Part shown: positions 18,945-27,255 of the stretch, one piece after another
Numbering within the stretch: position 1 is the first letter of the stretch
Layout of the letters: each line of letters begins with the position of its first letter
NCBI GenBank assembly: GCA_003518365.1
Contig: DOYU01000010.1
Coordinates: 1,938 to 65,937, forward strand
Reading direction: 5' to 3'
DNA from: Candidatus Magasanikiibacteriota bacterium
GTDB taxonomy: Bacteria; Patescibacteriota; Patescibacteriia; Magasanikbacterales; UBA922
Length of the DNA stretch: 64,000 nt
Program-made: the position numbers and the translations under genes
Notes under the pieces: generated by a model
The model's database searches: none
Told to the model about the DNA's origin: nothing
Seen by the model: only the letters and a program-made list of their open reading frames with translations

Positions 18945-20176
18945 AAAAAACTATTTTTACAGGATTTAGCCCAAACACGCGAGCAAAGGATATGAGCATT
19001 GCCGCCTCTTTTTTATTTCTCCCCTGGAAATGGTTCCAATGGAAAAAAGGTACACACGAAAAAAGAGCAATGGAGTTGCTAGAAGGATATTTTGGGGAAA
19101 ATATTCAGGCCATAACCTATGATAGCGGTCGTTCTGCCTTGTATCATGCGTTGCTTGCCTTGGATGTAGGAGAAGGCGACGAAGTCCTGGTGCAAGCGTT
19201 TACCTGCATGGTCGTCATAAACGCTATTTGCTGGACAGGGGCCAGGCCCGTGTATGTGGATATAGAAAAAGACACACTGAACATGGATCCGGTAAAAGCA
19301 GACCATGCATGCTCAGATAAAACAAAAGTAATCATTTTGCAACACACCTTTGGACTTCCCGCAAATATTGATGCGCTGCTTGATGTGGCCAAAAAGCACA
19401 ATCTGAAAACCATAGAAGACTGCGCGCACTCGCTTGGTGCGCGGTATAAAGGAAAACTCACAGGCACATATGCAGACATCGGTATGCTTAGTTTTGGTGG
19501 TGAAAAAATAGTTTCGTGCGTACGGGGAGGTGCCCTTATAACAAAACTTCCTCAACTTGCAGTGCGATTGAGAAAGACACACGCAACACTTTCTCCTTCA
19601 ACACGCAGAGTGATTCGCCAGCATCTCCTTCATGTAGTTCTTTTCCCAATGGGCAAATCACTCTATCATCTTGGCATAGGAAAAGTATTTTTAAAAGTGT
19701 TGAAAGAATTACATATTACAAATAAAATTATTTATACAGAAGAAAAATACGGTAAACAAGTCGCATGGTATCCAAGCAAACTTCCAAATGCGCTTTCAGC
19801 TCTCTTGGTAAGCCAATTGCCAGAAATAGAATCAATGAACTCGCATCGACGACATATCGCGTCATTGTACAAAAAGAAGCTGCCACACATAATCGAGACA
19901 CAGCAAGATACCGACATGCATATCTACTTGCGGTTTTCTTTGTTTGTTCAAAATCCAAATGCAGTAAGAGATCTGGCAAAAAAACAAGGTATTCTCCTCG
20001 GCGATTGGTATTCGCTTGTCATTGGTCCAGGAGATGTAGATCTCAGTGTTGCGCAATATGTGAAGGGCACCTGTCCTATCGCAGAAGAGCGAGCTGCAAA
20101 GGCACTGAATTTACCTACAGACATCCATATTCAAGATAGCGATGTGCTCAGAATTTTGTCTGTACTTACTGAGTAA
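18941..20176 (+). CDS. DegT/DnrJ/EryC1/StrS PLP-dependent aminotransferase
   Basis: SGRSAL, GDEVLV, IEDCAHSLG, SFGGEK. Confidence 0.88.
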   Translation: MKKTIFTGFSPNTRAKDMSIAASFLFLPWKWFQWKKGTHEKRAMELLEGYFGENIQAITYDSGRSALYHALLALDVGEGDEVLVQAFTCMVVINAICWTGARPVYVDIEKDTLNMDPVKADHACSDKTKVIILQHTFGLPANIDALLDVAKKHNLKTIEDCAHSLGARYKGKLTGTYADIGMLSFGGEKIVSCVRGGALITKLPQLAVRLRKTHATLSPSTRRVIRQHLLHVVLFPMGKSLYHLGIGKVFLKVLKELHITNKIIYTEEKYGKQVAWYPSKLPNALSALLVSQLPEIESMNSHRRHIASLYKKKLPHIIETQQDTDMHIYLRFSLFVQNPNAVRDLAKKQGILLGDWYSLVIGPGDVDLSVAQYVKGTCPIAEERAAKALNLPTDIHIQDSDVLRILSVLTE

Positions 20177-20179
20177 TAT

Positions 20180-21202
20180 ATGTATTCAATAAAAAAAACT
20201 ACAGATATACAAGCGTGGGATGCCTTTGTAAAGACGCATCAATATAGTCCATTTGTTCAATCATACAAGTATGGTGAATTTTATCGTGAACTCGGAGAAC
20301 ACTACTGGATCCTAGGCGTGTATGCAGGGGAGACGCTGGTTGGAGGAAGCCTGGTTCTCACCGTACATGCAAAACGAGGCAATTTCTTTTATCTGCCCTA
20401 TGGTCCGATGCTCGACTATACAGATAGTGCCATGGTGCAACAATTTTTTGCCAAACTCAAGCGTGGAGCAAAAAAAGAACACATGGATTTTATTCGGATT
20501 AGTCCCTTTCTTTCTGATACCCAAGAGGGGAGGGCGGTTATTCATGCAGAAGGATATCGAGCTGCTCCTATGCATGTCCTGGCTGAAAATAGTTGGCTTT
20601 TGGATCTATCACAAAGCGAAGAGCAGCTCCTCGCACAGATGAAAAAAAATCATAGAAATCTTATACGCAGATGTGAACGAGAGGGAGTGACGGTGACATC
20701 ACACACAGATCAAAAAACACTGGACATACTGCATGATATGCTTGATGAGACAGAAAAACGACAGCATTTTACACGATTTTCAAGACACTATATCAATACT
20801 GAATTTGCCAAATTTGCAGAAGATGGAGAAACATTGGTGTATATGGGAACATTGCCAACAGGCGAGGCTGATGCCGCTGCGATTATTATGTTTTATGGCA
20901 ATATGGCGGTCTATAGACACAGCGCCTCGCGTAATCTTGATAAAAAACTTCCAACATCCTATCTCATACAGTGGCACGTAATCAAAGAAGCAAAAAGAAG
21001 GGGAATGAGATGGTATAACTTTTGGGGTGTAGAGCCAAAAGATGCGAGTGCATCACATCCGTTTTCAGGGATTGGGCATTTTAAGCGTGGATTTGGGGGA
21101 TTTCAAGAAGATTTGCTACATTGCCAAGATCTTCCAATAACAAAAAAATATTGGGTAAACTGGATTGTTGAAACCATTCGAAAACGGAAGCGTGGCTTCT
21201 AG
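20180..21202 (+). CDS. FemAB/FemX-family tRNA-dependent peptidyltransferase (lipid II bridge)
   Basis: FVQS..YG, YLPYGP, LDLSQSEEQLLAQMKKNHR, YNFWG, FKRGFGG. Confidence 0.88.
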   Translation: MYSIKKTTDIQAWDAFVKTHQYSPFVQSYKYGEFYRELGEHYWILGVYAGETLVGGSLVLTVHAKRGNFFYLPYGPMLDYTDSAMVQQFFAKLKRGAKKEHMDFIRISPFLSDTQEGRAVIHAEGYRAAPMHVLAENSWLLDLSQSEEQLLAQMKKNHRNLIRRCEREGVTVTSHTDQKTLDILHDMLDETEKRQHFTRFSRHYINTEFAKFAEDGETLVYMGTLPTGEADAAAIIMFYGNMAVYRHSASRNLDKKLPTSYLIQWHVIKEAKRRGMRWYNFWGVEPKDASASHPFSGIGHFKRGFGGFQEDLLHCQDLPITKKYWVNWIVETIRKRKRGF

Positions 21203-21228
21203 TTATTCTTTCATTTGTCTGTCATTCA

Positions 21229-22239
21229 ATGAACTATACAAAAAATAAAAAACAATCGTGTACGAGGGTCTATGTAAAAAGTAGGAATGCTTTATATAGC
21301 CGAAGTAAAGCAAAGGATTTTGCGTGGAGAGGAAGAAAACGTAATCCCATGCAAAAACAATTGCCACAGAAGAGTAGGTTAAGGTTTAAACTATATTTGA
21401 TGTTGTTTTTAGCATCTATATTTGGCATGATCGGCATGTTTGTGTACCATCCATTTTTTCGAATATCAAAAATTCAAGTCAACGGCGTAGAAACAATTAC
21501 GCCACAAGAAATTGAACAGACAATCTATGGTGCAATGGATTATCACAAGTGGTTTTTATTTCCTGCGAGTAGTTTTTTCTTTGTTGATGCATCAGAAGTT
21601 GAATCAATATTGAATCAACGGTTTCCGCTTAACACCGTAGCTATTACAAAACAGTTTCCTCACACACTTACTGTTTTACTTCAGGAACGTCTGTCAACAA
21701 TACTCTATGACAATGGCGATGCGTATCATTTTATTGGACTCACAGGAAAAGTTGTAGAACCTGTAAGAAAGGTCACCGATGCAGAGTGGTGGATCGACAC
21801 TGAAATCGTAACAAGTACAAATGAACGTGGCGAAGAAGTCTCAGAAAAAAAAGAAATTGCAAGACACCATAGACCTGATATGAATGGTTTGCAAAAGGAT
21901 GTTGGAGAGTTTCCACTCATTGTTGATACCAATGCAATCGAAAGAGGTACTGTTGCATTGAATACTGACGTCATAAAAGAGGACTATATTTCCCAAGTGC
22001 TTGAATGGTATGAAGTCCTATTACAACAATTTGATCTTACCATATCATACGTCGATGTAAGTTCGCCATACCGTACGGTTATTTTTACAAATGCTGGATT
22101 ACAGATTCTTATTGCATTGCCAGCAGGGGAGAGTATTGCCCAGATTGATAGATTTCGAGCTGCGTACAAAGAGATTTCAGATATCTCAGTAATTGGGTAC
22201 ATAGATGTTCGATATCCTGGTAAGATATATTGGCAATAG
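21229..22239 (+). CDS. FtsQ/DivIB-like POTRA-domain protein
   Basis: Single TM, F.I..IQVNG, ITKQFPHTL.V.L.ER, C-terminal YIDVRY..K.Y; start uncertain. Confidence 0.7.
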   Translation: MNYTKNKKQSCTRVYVKSRNALYSRSKAKDFAWRGRKRNPMQKQLPQKSRLRFKLYLMLFLASIFGMIGMFVYHPFFRISKIQVNGVETITPQEIEQTIYGAMDYHKWFLFPASSFFFVDASEVESILNQRFPLNTVAITKQFPHTLTVLLQERLSTILYDNGDAYHFIGLTGKVVEPVRKVTDAEWWIDTEIVTSTNERGEEVSEKKEIARHHRPDMNGLQKDVGEFPLIVDTNAIERGTVALNTDVIKEDYISQVLEWYEVLLQQFDLTISYVDVSSPYRTVIFTNAGLQILIALPAGESIAQIDRFRAAYKEISDISVIGYIDVRYPGKIYWQ

Positions 22240-22324
22240 AAACTAGCACGTCACTGAAAAGGGTGAAGGGGGGATATTCTTCTTCATAGCAGGCCTTTTT
22301 GGAGACATCCAAAGATAGTATATC

Positions 22325-22352
22325 GTGTCGCACAATGTATATTATGCGACAT
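22325..22352. other. dif-like Xer recombination site (probable replication terminus)
   Basis: GTGTCGCACAA-TGTATA-TTATGCGACAT in 11-6-11 layout; central hexamer identical to E. coli dif; lies at the + to - gene orientation switch. Confidence 0.8.
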
Positions 22353-22708
22353 TGCCTAGGACACTAAAAGAGGGATTTCAGGACTAATTATCTACTTACA
22401 TAAAACACAATCAATTTTCTTTTTGCATCAATTACAAATGTAATTTTGTTCCCATTTTGTTTTTTTTATTTCTTTCTGGGATTGCAAATCTTTATATACT
22501 GCCAGACCATCAAATCTCTCAATCTGCCCAAATCGTACATGTACTACCCCATCCTCTCTTAAATCTATACGTGGCAATATTGTGCGACGCAATACATTGT
22601 ACGCATAAATTGCAGAGGTAAAGTGATACGTCCAACATATTAAACTTTTTGGAGAAAAACATAAAAGGACCTTTGCCAAGATCCTTTTTATATATACAAA
22701 AGTCATCA

Positions 22709-23971
22709 CTAATAATCCTTTACCAAATAGGCCAAAGGATTCACAGGTATACCATCTTTTCGAACCTCAAAGTGTAAGTGAGGTCCTGTCACAAATGGAC
22801 CTGCACCGACAGTACCAGGAGTGCCACCAGAATATCCAATGATATCTCCTCTTGTCACAAATTGATCTGCACTCACGGTTATTTTGCTCATGTGTCCATA
22901 GACCGTTGAGAGCCCTCCCGAGTGGACAATCATCACATATGCATAACAGCTTGCTGTTTGGCAAGTACGCGCTCTTGCTATGTAGCCACTCGCAGCTGCC
23001 CGGAGCGGCGTGCTATGTGCTGCGCGGATATCGATTGCGTTATGTTCAAAGACATATCTATATGGATATGATGGATCATGGAAGTATGCGGTTACATAAC
23101 GACTTGGTGTTGGCCAGGAGAGCTGCCCATCAAATTGGACATCTGAAGATCCTGTTACCTTATCCTCTGCCTCTAATTTAGCTCGTACTTGCTGCTCGAT
23201 AGATGTAATGTCACTTTCAATCGACTGATACTGTGATTTTAAGTTGCCGACCAATGTCTTATATGTGAGCTCTGATGATTGGGTTTGCGCAAGCAATGTT
23301 TGCTTTGCAAAGGATTGTCCTTCGAGGTCTTTTTTCTTATTATCAAGTTCTTCTTTCATTGCATCATACGCTTTTCGTCTTTCTTCTGTTGCTATTTTTT
23401 TTTTTTCCAACTCTTCTTTTGATATTCTGAGCGCTCTAGCACTTTTTCCAAGATCTTCTTCAATGGATTTTGCGTATTCCATCTTATTATAAAAATCAGA
23501 AAAATTGTCATAGGATGCAAGTACCTGAAGAATTCCCTTGTTCCCTTGTTCATGGAGAGTGCGAATAAACTCTGACATGATCATCCTCTGTCGATCAATG
23601 GTATTTTCTTTATCAGTAATACCGAGATTAAGCGCTTCAATTTCGAGAGTAAGCGTTTCCAGTTTTTGTTCTGTTGCTTCTATATCGAGTTCAACTTGGA
23701 CAATATGATTGTCCAAGATAGCCATTTGATTGGCCAGTGATGTGGATTCAAGACGTGTCTGGTCAATTTTTTTCTTATACGCATCAATACTTGCTTCAAG
23801 TTGCTTTACTTTTTCCTTTTTTGCAGCAATTTCTTGATTGAGCTGGTCGATTTCCTCTTTATTTCCACCAGTTCCACTAGTAGTCTGTGTATACACAAAT
23901 ACCGGCAAGCTAACAATTGCCAGTAGTGTTATTATTGTGATGTTTAGAAACGTTTTTTTTCTCCGATGCAT
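22709..23971 (-). CDS. M23 peptidase with long coiled coil (EnvC/CwlO-like)
   Basis: Signal/TM segment, coiled coil, HNAIDI (HxxxD), TVYGHM, TGPHLHFEVR. Confidence 0.88.
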   Translation of the reverse strand: MHRRKKTFLNITIITLLAIVSLPVFVYTQTTSGTGGNKEEIDQLNQEIAAKKEKVKQLEASIDAYKKKIDQTRLESTSLANQMAILDNHIVQVELDIEATEQKLETLTLEIEALNLGITDKENTIDRQRMIMSEFIRTLHEQGNKGILQVLASYDNFSDFYNKMEYAKSIEEDLGKSARALRISKEELEKKKIATEERRKAYDAMKEELDNKKKDLEGQSFAKQTLLAQTQSSELTYKTLVGNLKSQYQSIESDITSIEQQVRAKLEAEDKVTGSSDVQFDGQLSWPTPSRYVTAYFHDPSYPYRYVFEHNAIDIRAAHSTPLRAAASGYIARARTCQTASCYAYVMIVHSGGLSTVYGHMSKITVSADQFVTRGDIIGYSGGTPGTVGAGPFVTGPHLHFEVRKDGIPVNPLAYLVKDY

Positions 23972-24021
23972 ACAATATTCTAATCGGAGTCTAGTATAGC
24001 ACAGGAGAAAAAATCGTGCTA

Positions 24022-25509
24022 TCAAGAAATCTTTGCAAGCCCCTCCCCTATTCGTTGCAGACTTTTTTCTTTACCAAGGACGGTCATAATTTCAAATGGT
24101 CCAGGAGAATATTGCTGTCCAGAGAGCGCAACGCGAGTTGGCCAGAGCACGTCTCCTACACCATACGTACGCTCTTTGATCCAGCCCATGACGGCCTGCT
24201 CTATCCCCTCTTCTGTCCAGGCTTCCTTAGCAAAAGTTGATAAAAATTCGCTTAGTTGAGCCAATTTTTCTTTTGCATCAGGCAAATCACTCTTTTTCCA
24301 CTTCAGAAGTTCAGTTTCATAACTCAACGAATCTGCAAAGAGGAAGGTTGTATTCGTGACAATGTCTGCAAGGGTATTTGCACGTTCACGACCAAGGCGG
24401 ACGACGCCCTCAAAAAATGAGAGGTCGTTGATCATTTCTTCATCTGAACCGGCTGCGGCAAAAAAGGGCTTGGCACGTGTGGCAAGTTCTTCAATAGACA
24501 ATTTTTTCATCCATTCTTTGTTATACCAATCAAGTTTTTCGTAATTGAACACGGCCGCTGACTTATTTACTTTTTCAAAACTAAATGCCTGCACCAACTC
24601 TTCGAGTGTAAATATTTCTTGCTCCGTACCAGGGTTCCATCCAAGAAATGCAACAAAATTAACCATTGCTTCTGGCAAATATCCTTTGTTTTTAAAATCA
24701 AAAACAGAGACATCACCATGTCGCTTACTGAGTTTTTGTCTTTTTTCATTTACAAGTAATGGCAAATGACCATAGACGGGCTTTTCCCAACCAAACATGT
24801 CATACAAGACAATATGTTTTGGAGTAGAACTCAGCCATTCTTCGCCACGAAACACGTGCGAGATTTCCATAAGATGATCGTCCACAACAACAGCGAGATG
24901 GTATGTAGGAAACCCATCAGTTTTCATGAGTACCTGATCATCAATCAGTTTATTTTCGAAAGAAACATTGTCACGCACAAGATCTGTCCACGTGGTAGTT
25001 CCTTCGTCCGGCATGTTAAGACGAACAACATGTGGCGAGTTCGCGTCAAGTTTTTTCTGAACGTTTTCTGTTGAAAGTGTTTTACAGTGCCCATCGTAGC
25101 CAGTTGGTTGTTTATTCATTTCTTGCATTTTTCTGAGATCATCGAGACGTTCTTTGGTACAAAAACAATAATACGCATCTTTTTGCTCAAGCAGTTGATG
25201 AACATACTTTTTGTAAATATCCAAGCGTTCTGACTGAATATACGGTCCTTTTTCCCCTACTTGTGTCAGATGCTGATGTGTGTCAAACGTAACACCTTCA
25301 TCCGGTGGGATATGGGCCCAATGTAACGATTCAACAATATTTTCAGTCGATCCTTCTACGAGACGTTCTCTATCCGTATCCTCAATACGAAGCAAAAAAT
25401 CACCACCGTTCTTTTTGGCATAAAGATAATCAAACAGTGCGCTGAGAAGTGATCCAACGTGGAACATGCCCGTAGGGCTTGGTGGAATGCGTGTTCTTAT
25501 CTTCTTCAT
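24022..25509 (-). CDS. gltX: Glutamyl-tRNA synthetase
   Basis: RTRIPPSPTG, HVGS, LRIEDTD, DDHLM.ISHV.RGEEW, KLSKR. Confidence 0.95.
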   Translation of the reverse strand: MKKIRTRIPPSPTGMFHVGSLLSALFDYLYAKKNGGDFLLRIEDTDRERLVEGSTENIVESLHWAHIPPDEGVTFDTHQHLTQVGEKGPYIQSERLDIYKKYVHQLLEQKDAYYCFCTKERLDDLRKMQEMNKQPTGYDGHCKTLSTENVQKKLDANSPHVVRLNMPDEGTTTWTDLVRDNVSFENKLIDDQVLMKTDGFPTYHLAVVVDDHLMEISHVFRGEEWLSSTPKHIVLYDMFGWEKPVYGHLPLLVNEKRQKLSKRHGDVSVFDFKNKGYLPEAMVNFVAFLGWNPGTEQEIFTLEELVQAFSFEKVNKSAAVFNYEKLDWYNKEWMKKLSIEELATRAKPFFAAAGSDEEMINDLSFFEGVVRLGRERANTLADIVTNTTFLFADSLSYETELLKWKKSDLPDAKEKLAQLSEFLSTFAKEAWTEEGIEQAVMGWIKERTYGVGDVLWPTRVALSGQQYSPGPFEIMTVLGKEKSLQRIGEGLAKIS

Positions 25510-25510
25510 A

Positions 25511-26269
25511 TTATGAATTGAGTTGATAGAGTGTGATGCCGACAGACATGGCAAGATTCAGTGATTCAGCGTTCCCGGTGCCTGCGATGGTATAGGATGC
25601 ATCAGTGATCTCTCTGAGATTGTCAGCAAGACCATGTGACTCTGAACCAAACAGAAGTGCCTGTTTTCTTCCTTTCCTCAGCTGAGAGATGTCCTTCCCG
25701 GACAGATCCAAGGTGGCGATACTATACCCATTTTTCCTGAGAAATTCAACTGTGTCAACCATATATTCAGATTGGTATATCTTTGTACGAAAGATAGATC
25801 CCATAGTGCTGCGCACGACTTTCTCATTATACGGATCAACAGATCCTTCAGAGACTATCACGGCATGAACGCCAAACCAGTCTGCCGTTCGAATGATGGT
25901 TCCAAGATTGCCCGGATCATTTACCCTGTCGAGGAGAATAATATGTTCTTCATGAATCATGTTATCGAGCGACGCATCCGGCATAGCAACAACGGCCATT
26001 ACACCAGGAAATGTCTCCGTTTGCTTGATAGCATCGACATCACGTTTATTCGCTCGTTCAACAGGGATTCCTGTCTTTTCAGCATAACTGATAATAACAC
26101 CCATGTCTGCATCAATGGCACTTTCTTCGACGATAAGCAGTTCAACCTCAGCATGTTCCAATGCTTCTTCAACCCCCTTTTTTCCTTCTACAGTAAACAC
26201 ACCAAACTCTTTGCGGTATTTTTTTTGTGTAAGTTTTTTGAGCATGGTGCTCGTGCTATTTGACAACAT
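25511..26269 (-). CDS. TrmH/SpoU-family RNA 2'-O-methyltransferase
   Basis: DPGNLGTIIRTA, FGSESHGL, ESLNLAMS. Confidence 0.92.
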   Translation of the reverse strand: MLSNSTSTMLKKLTQKKYRKEFGVFTVEGKKGVEEALEHAEVELLIVEESAIDADMGVIISYAEKTGIPVERANKRDVDAIKQTETFPGVMAVVAMPDASLDNMIHEEHIILLDRVNDPGNLGTIIRTADWFGVHAVIVSEGSVDPYNEKVVRSTMGSIFRTKIYQSEYMVDTVEFLRKNGYSIATLDLSGKDISQLRKGRKQALLFGSESHGLADNLREITDASYTIAGTGNAESLNLAMSVGITLYQLNS

Positions 26270-27017
26270 AGGATTTCAATACTAAGTAAGGAAATACGAT
26301 AACAGCGGTGAAAATGCGCTTGATTCTGCTTGGCTGGTGTATCAGTCGCCACAGCCACTCAATACCAATCCGTCTGAACAATTTTGGTGCTCGAGGGATG
26401 ACACCCGCAAGAAAATCAAACGTTCCCCCAACTCCCATGAGTATCTTTACGCCAGGAAGTTCTGATTTGAATGTATCAATCCACCACTCCTGCTTCCCAT
26501 GCCCAAAGGCTACGAAGAGGATATCGGGTTTGGCGAGAACAATGTCAGAAAGTATTTCATCATGCTGACCTTTATCAACTATAGTATACATTGCTCTATT
26601 GTCACATTGTTTTATTGTGATATTGTCACTTTTTTGAACAAAATGTATACTCAAACCAGCAAACCTCTCTTTCAACTTTTCTGCAGCTTGCTTTGCCGCT
26701 CCTGATTTACCTCCAATAAAATATACAGATTTTCCTTCCCTTTCAGCCAATTCGCAAAGTGAGAGCACAAGATCAGCTCCGGGAAAACGGGTATACACTC
26801 CCCCACTCATAAGCTGAATGCCAAATCCATCACAGACATTCATATCTCCACTATTAAGGATATCCCGAAAACCCAGATTCCTGTGCGCCGCCACAAGCAT
26901 CTCTGGATTTGGTGTGTAGAGAGTATGCGTTTCTGAACCAGAGAGCCATGTTTTTGCTTTCTCCAGTATCTCTTGCTTTGTGAGTGGGTCAATCCTGACA
27001 CCGAGCATTTTGTGCAT
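26256..27017 (-). CDS. WecG/TagA/CpsF glycosyltransferase
   Basis: TPNPE, DGFG, FVAFGHGKQE, GVGGTFDF, RAP...GIEWLWRL. Confidence 0.9.
   Translation of the reverse strand: MHKMLGVRIDPLTKQEILEKAKTWLSGSETHTLYTPNPEMLVAAHRNLGFRDILNSGDMNVCDGFGIQLMSGGVYTRFPGADLVLSLCELAEREGKSVYFIGGKSGAAKQAAEKLKERFAGLSIHFVQKSDNITIKQCDNRAMYTIVDKGQHDEILSDIVLAKPDILFVAFGHGKQEWWIDTFKSELPGVKILMGVGGTFDFLAGVIPRAPKLFRRIGIEWLWRLIHQPSRIKRIFTAVIVFPYLVLKSYVVK
26589..26628. repeat. 8-nt tandem array inside the WecG/TagA CDS
   Basis: cattgctc-tattgtca-cattgttt-tattgtga-tattgtca. Confidence 0.65.
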
Positions 27018-27051
27018 AGCTTGGCAAAAATATGTTACAATACTATCACTC

Positions 27052-27107
27052 TTGACAACAAAAATCAATTTGCTATAGTATTATCACTCATGGAGGTGGA
27101 GTGCTAG
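27052..27107 (+). promoter_or_regulatory. Sigma70 promoter and CIRCE (HrcA operator) upstream of clpB
   Basis: TTGACA (27052-27057), extended -10 TGcTATAGT (27071-27079), TTATCACTC-N9-GAGTGCTAG (27081-27107) versus consensus TTAGCACTC-N9-GAGTGCTAA. Confidence 0.85.
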
Positions 27108-27172
27108 CACAGTTTCTTGATAGCGTTCGTTGCACATTGAACGTAACCACAGCAGACTGAAAGTTGAATGGT

Positions 27173-27248
27173 TTATTAGATTATCAGTTAATTAGTTTCT
27201 AATTTTGATGAACGAAACTAATTAACTAATACTCCAATTACCCAATTT
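27173..27248. repeat. Inverted pair of 8-nt tandem arrays in the clpB leader
   Basis: ttattaga-ttatcagt-taattagt facing actaatta-actaatac-tccaatta-cccaattt; perfect AGTTAATTAGTTTC (27186-27199) / GAAACTAATTAACT (27214-27227). Confidence 0.65.
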
Positions 27249-27255
27249 ACTACAT

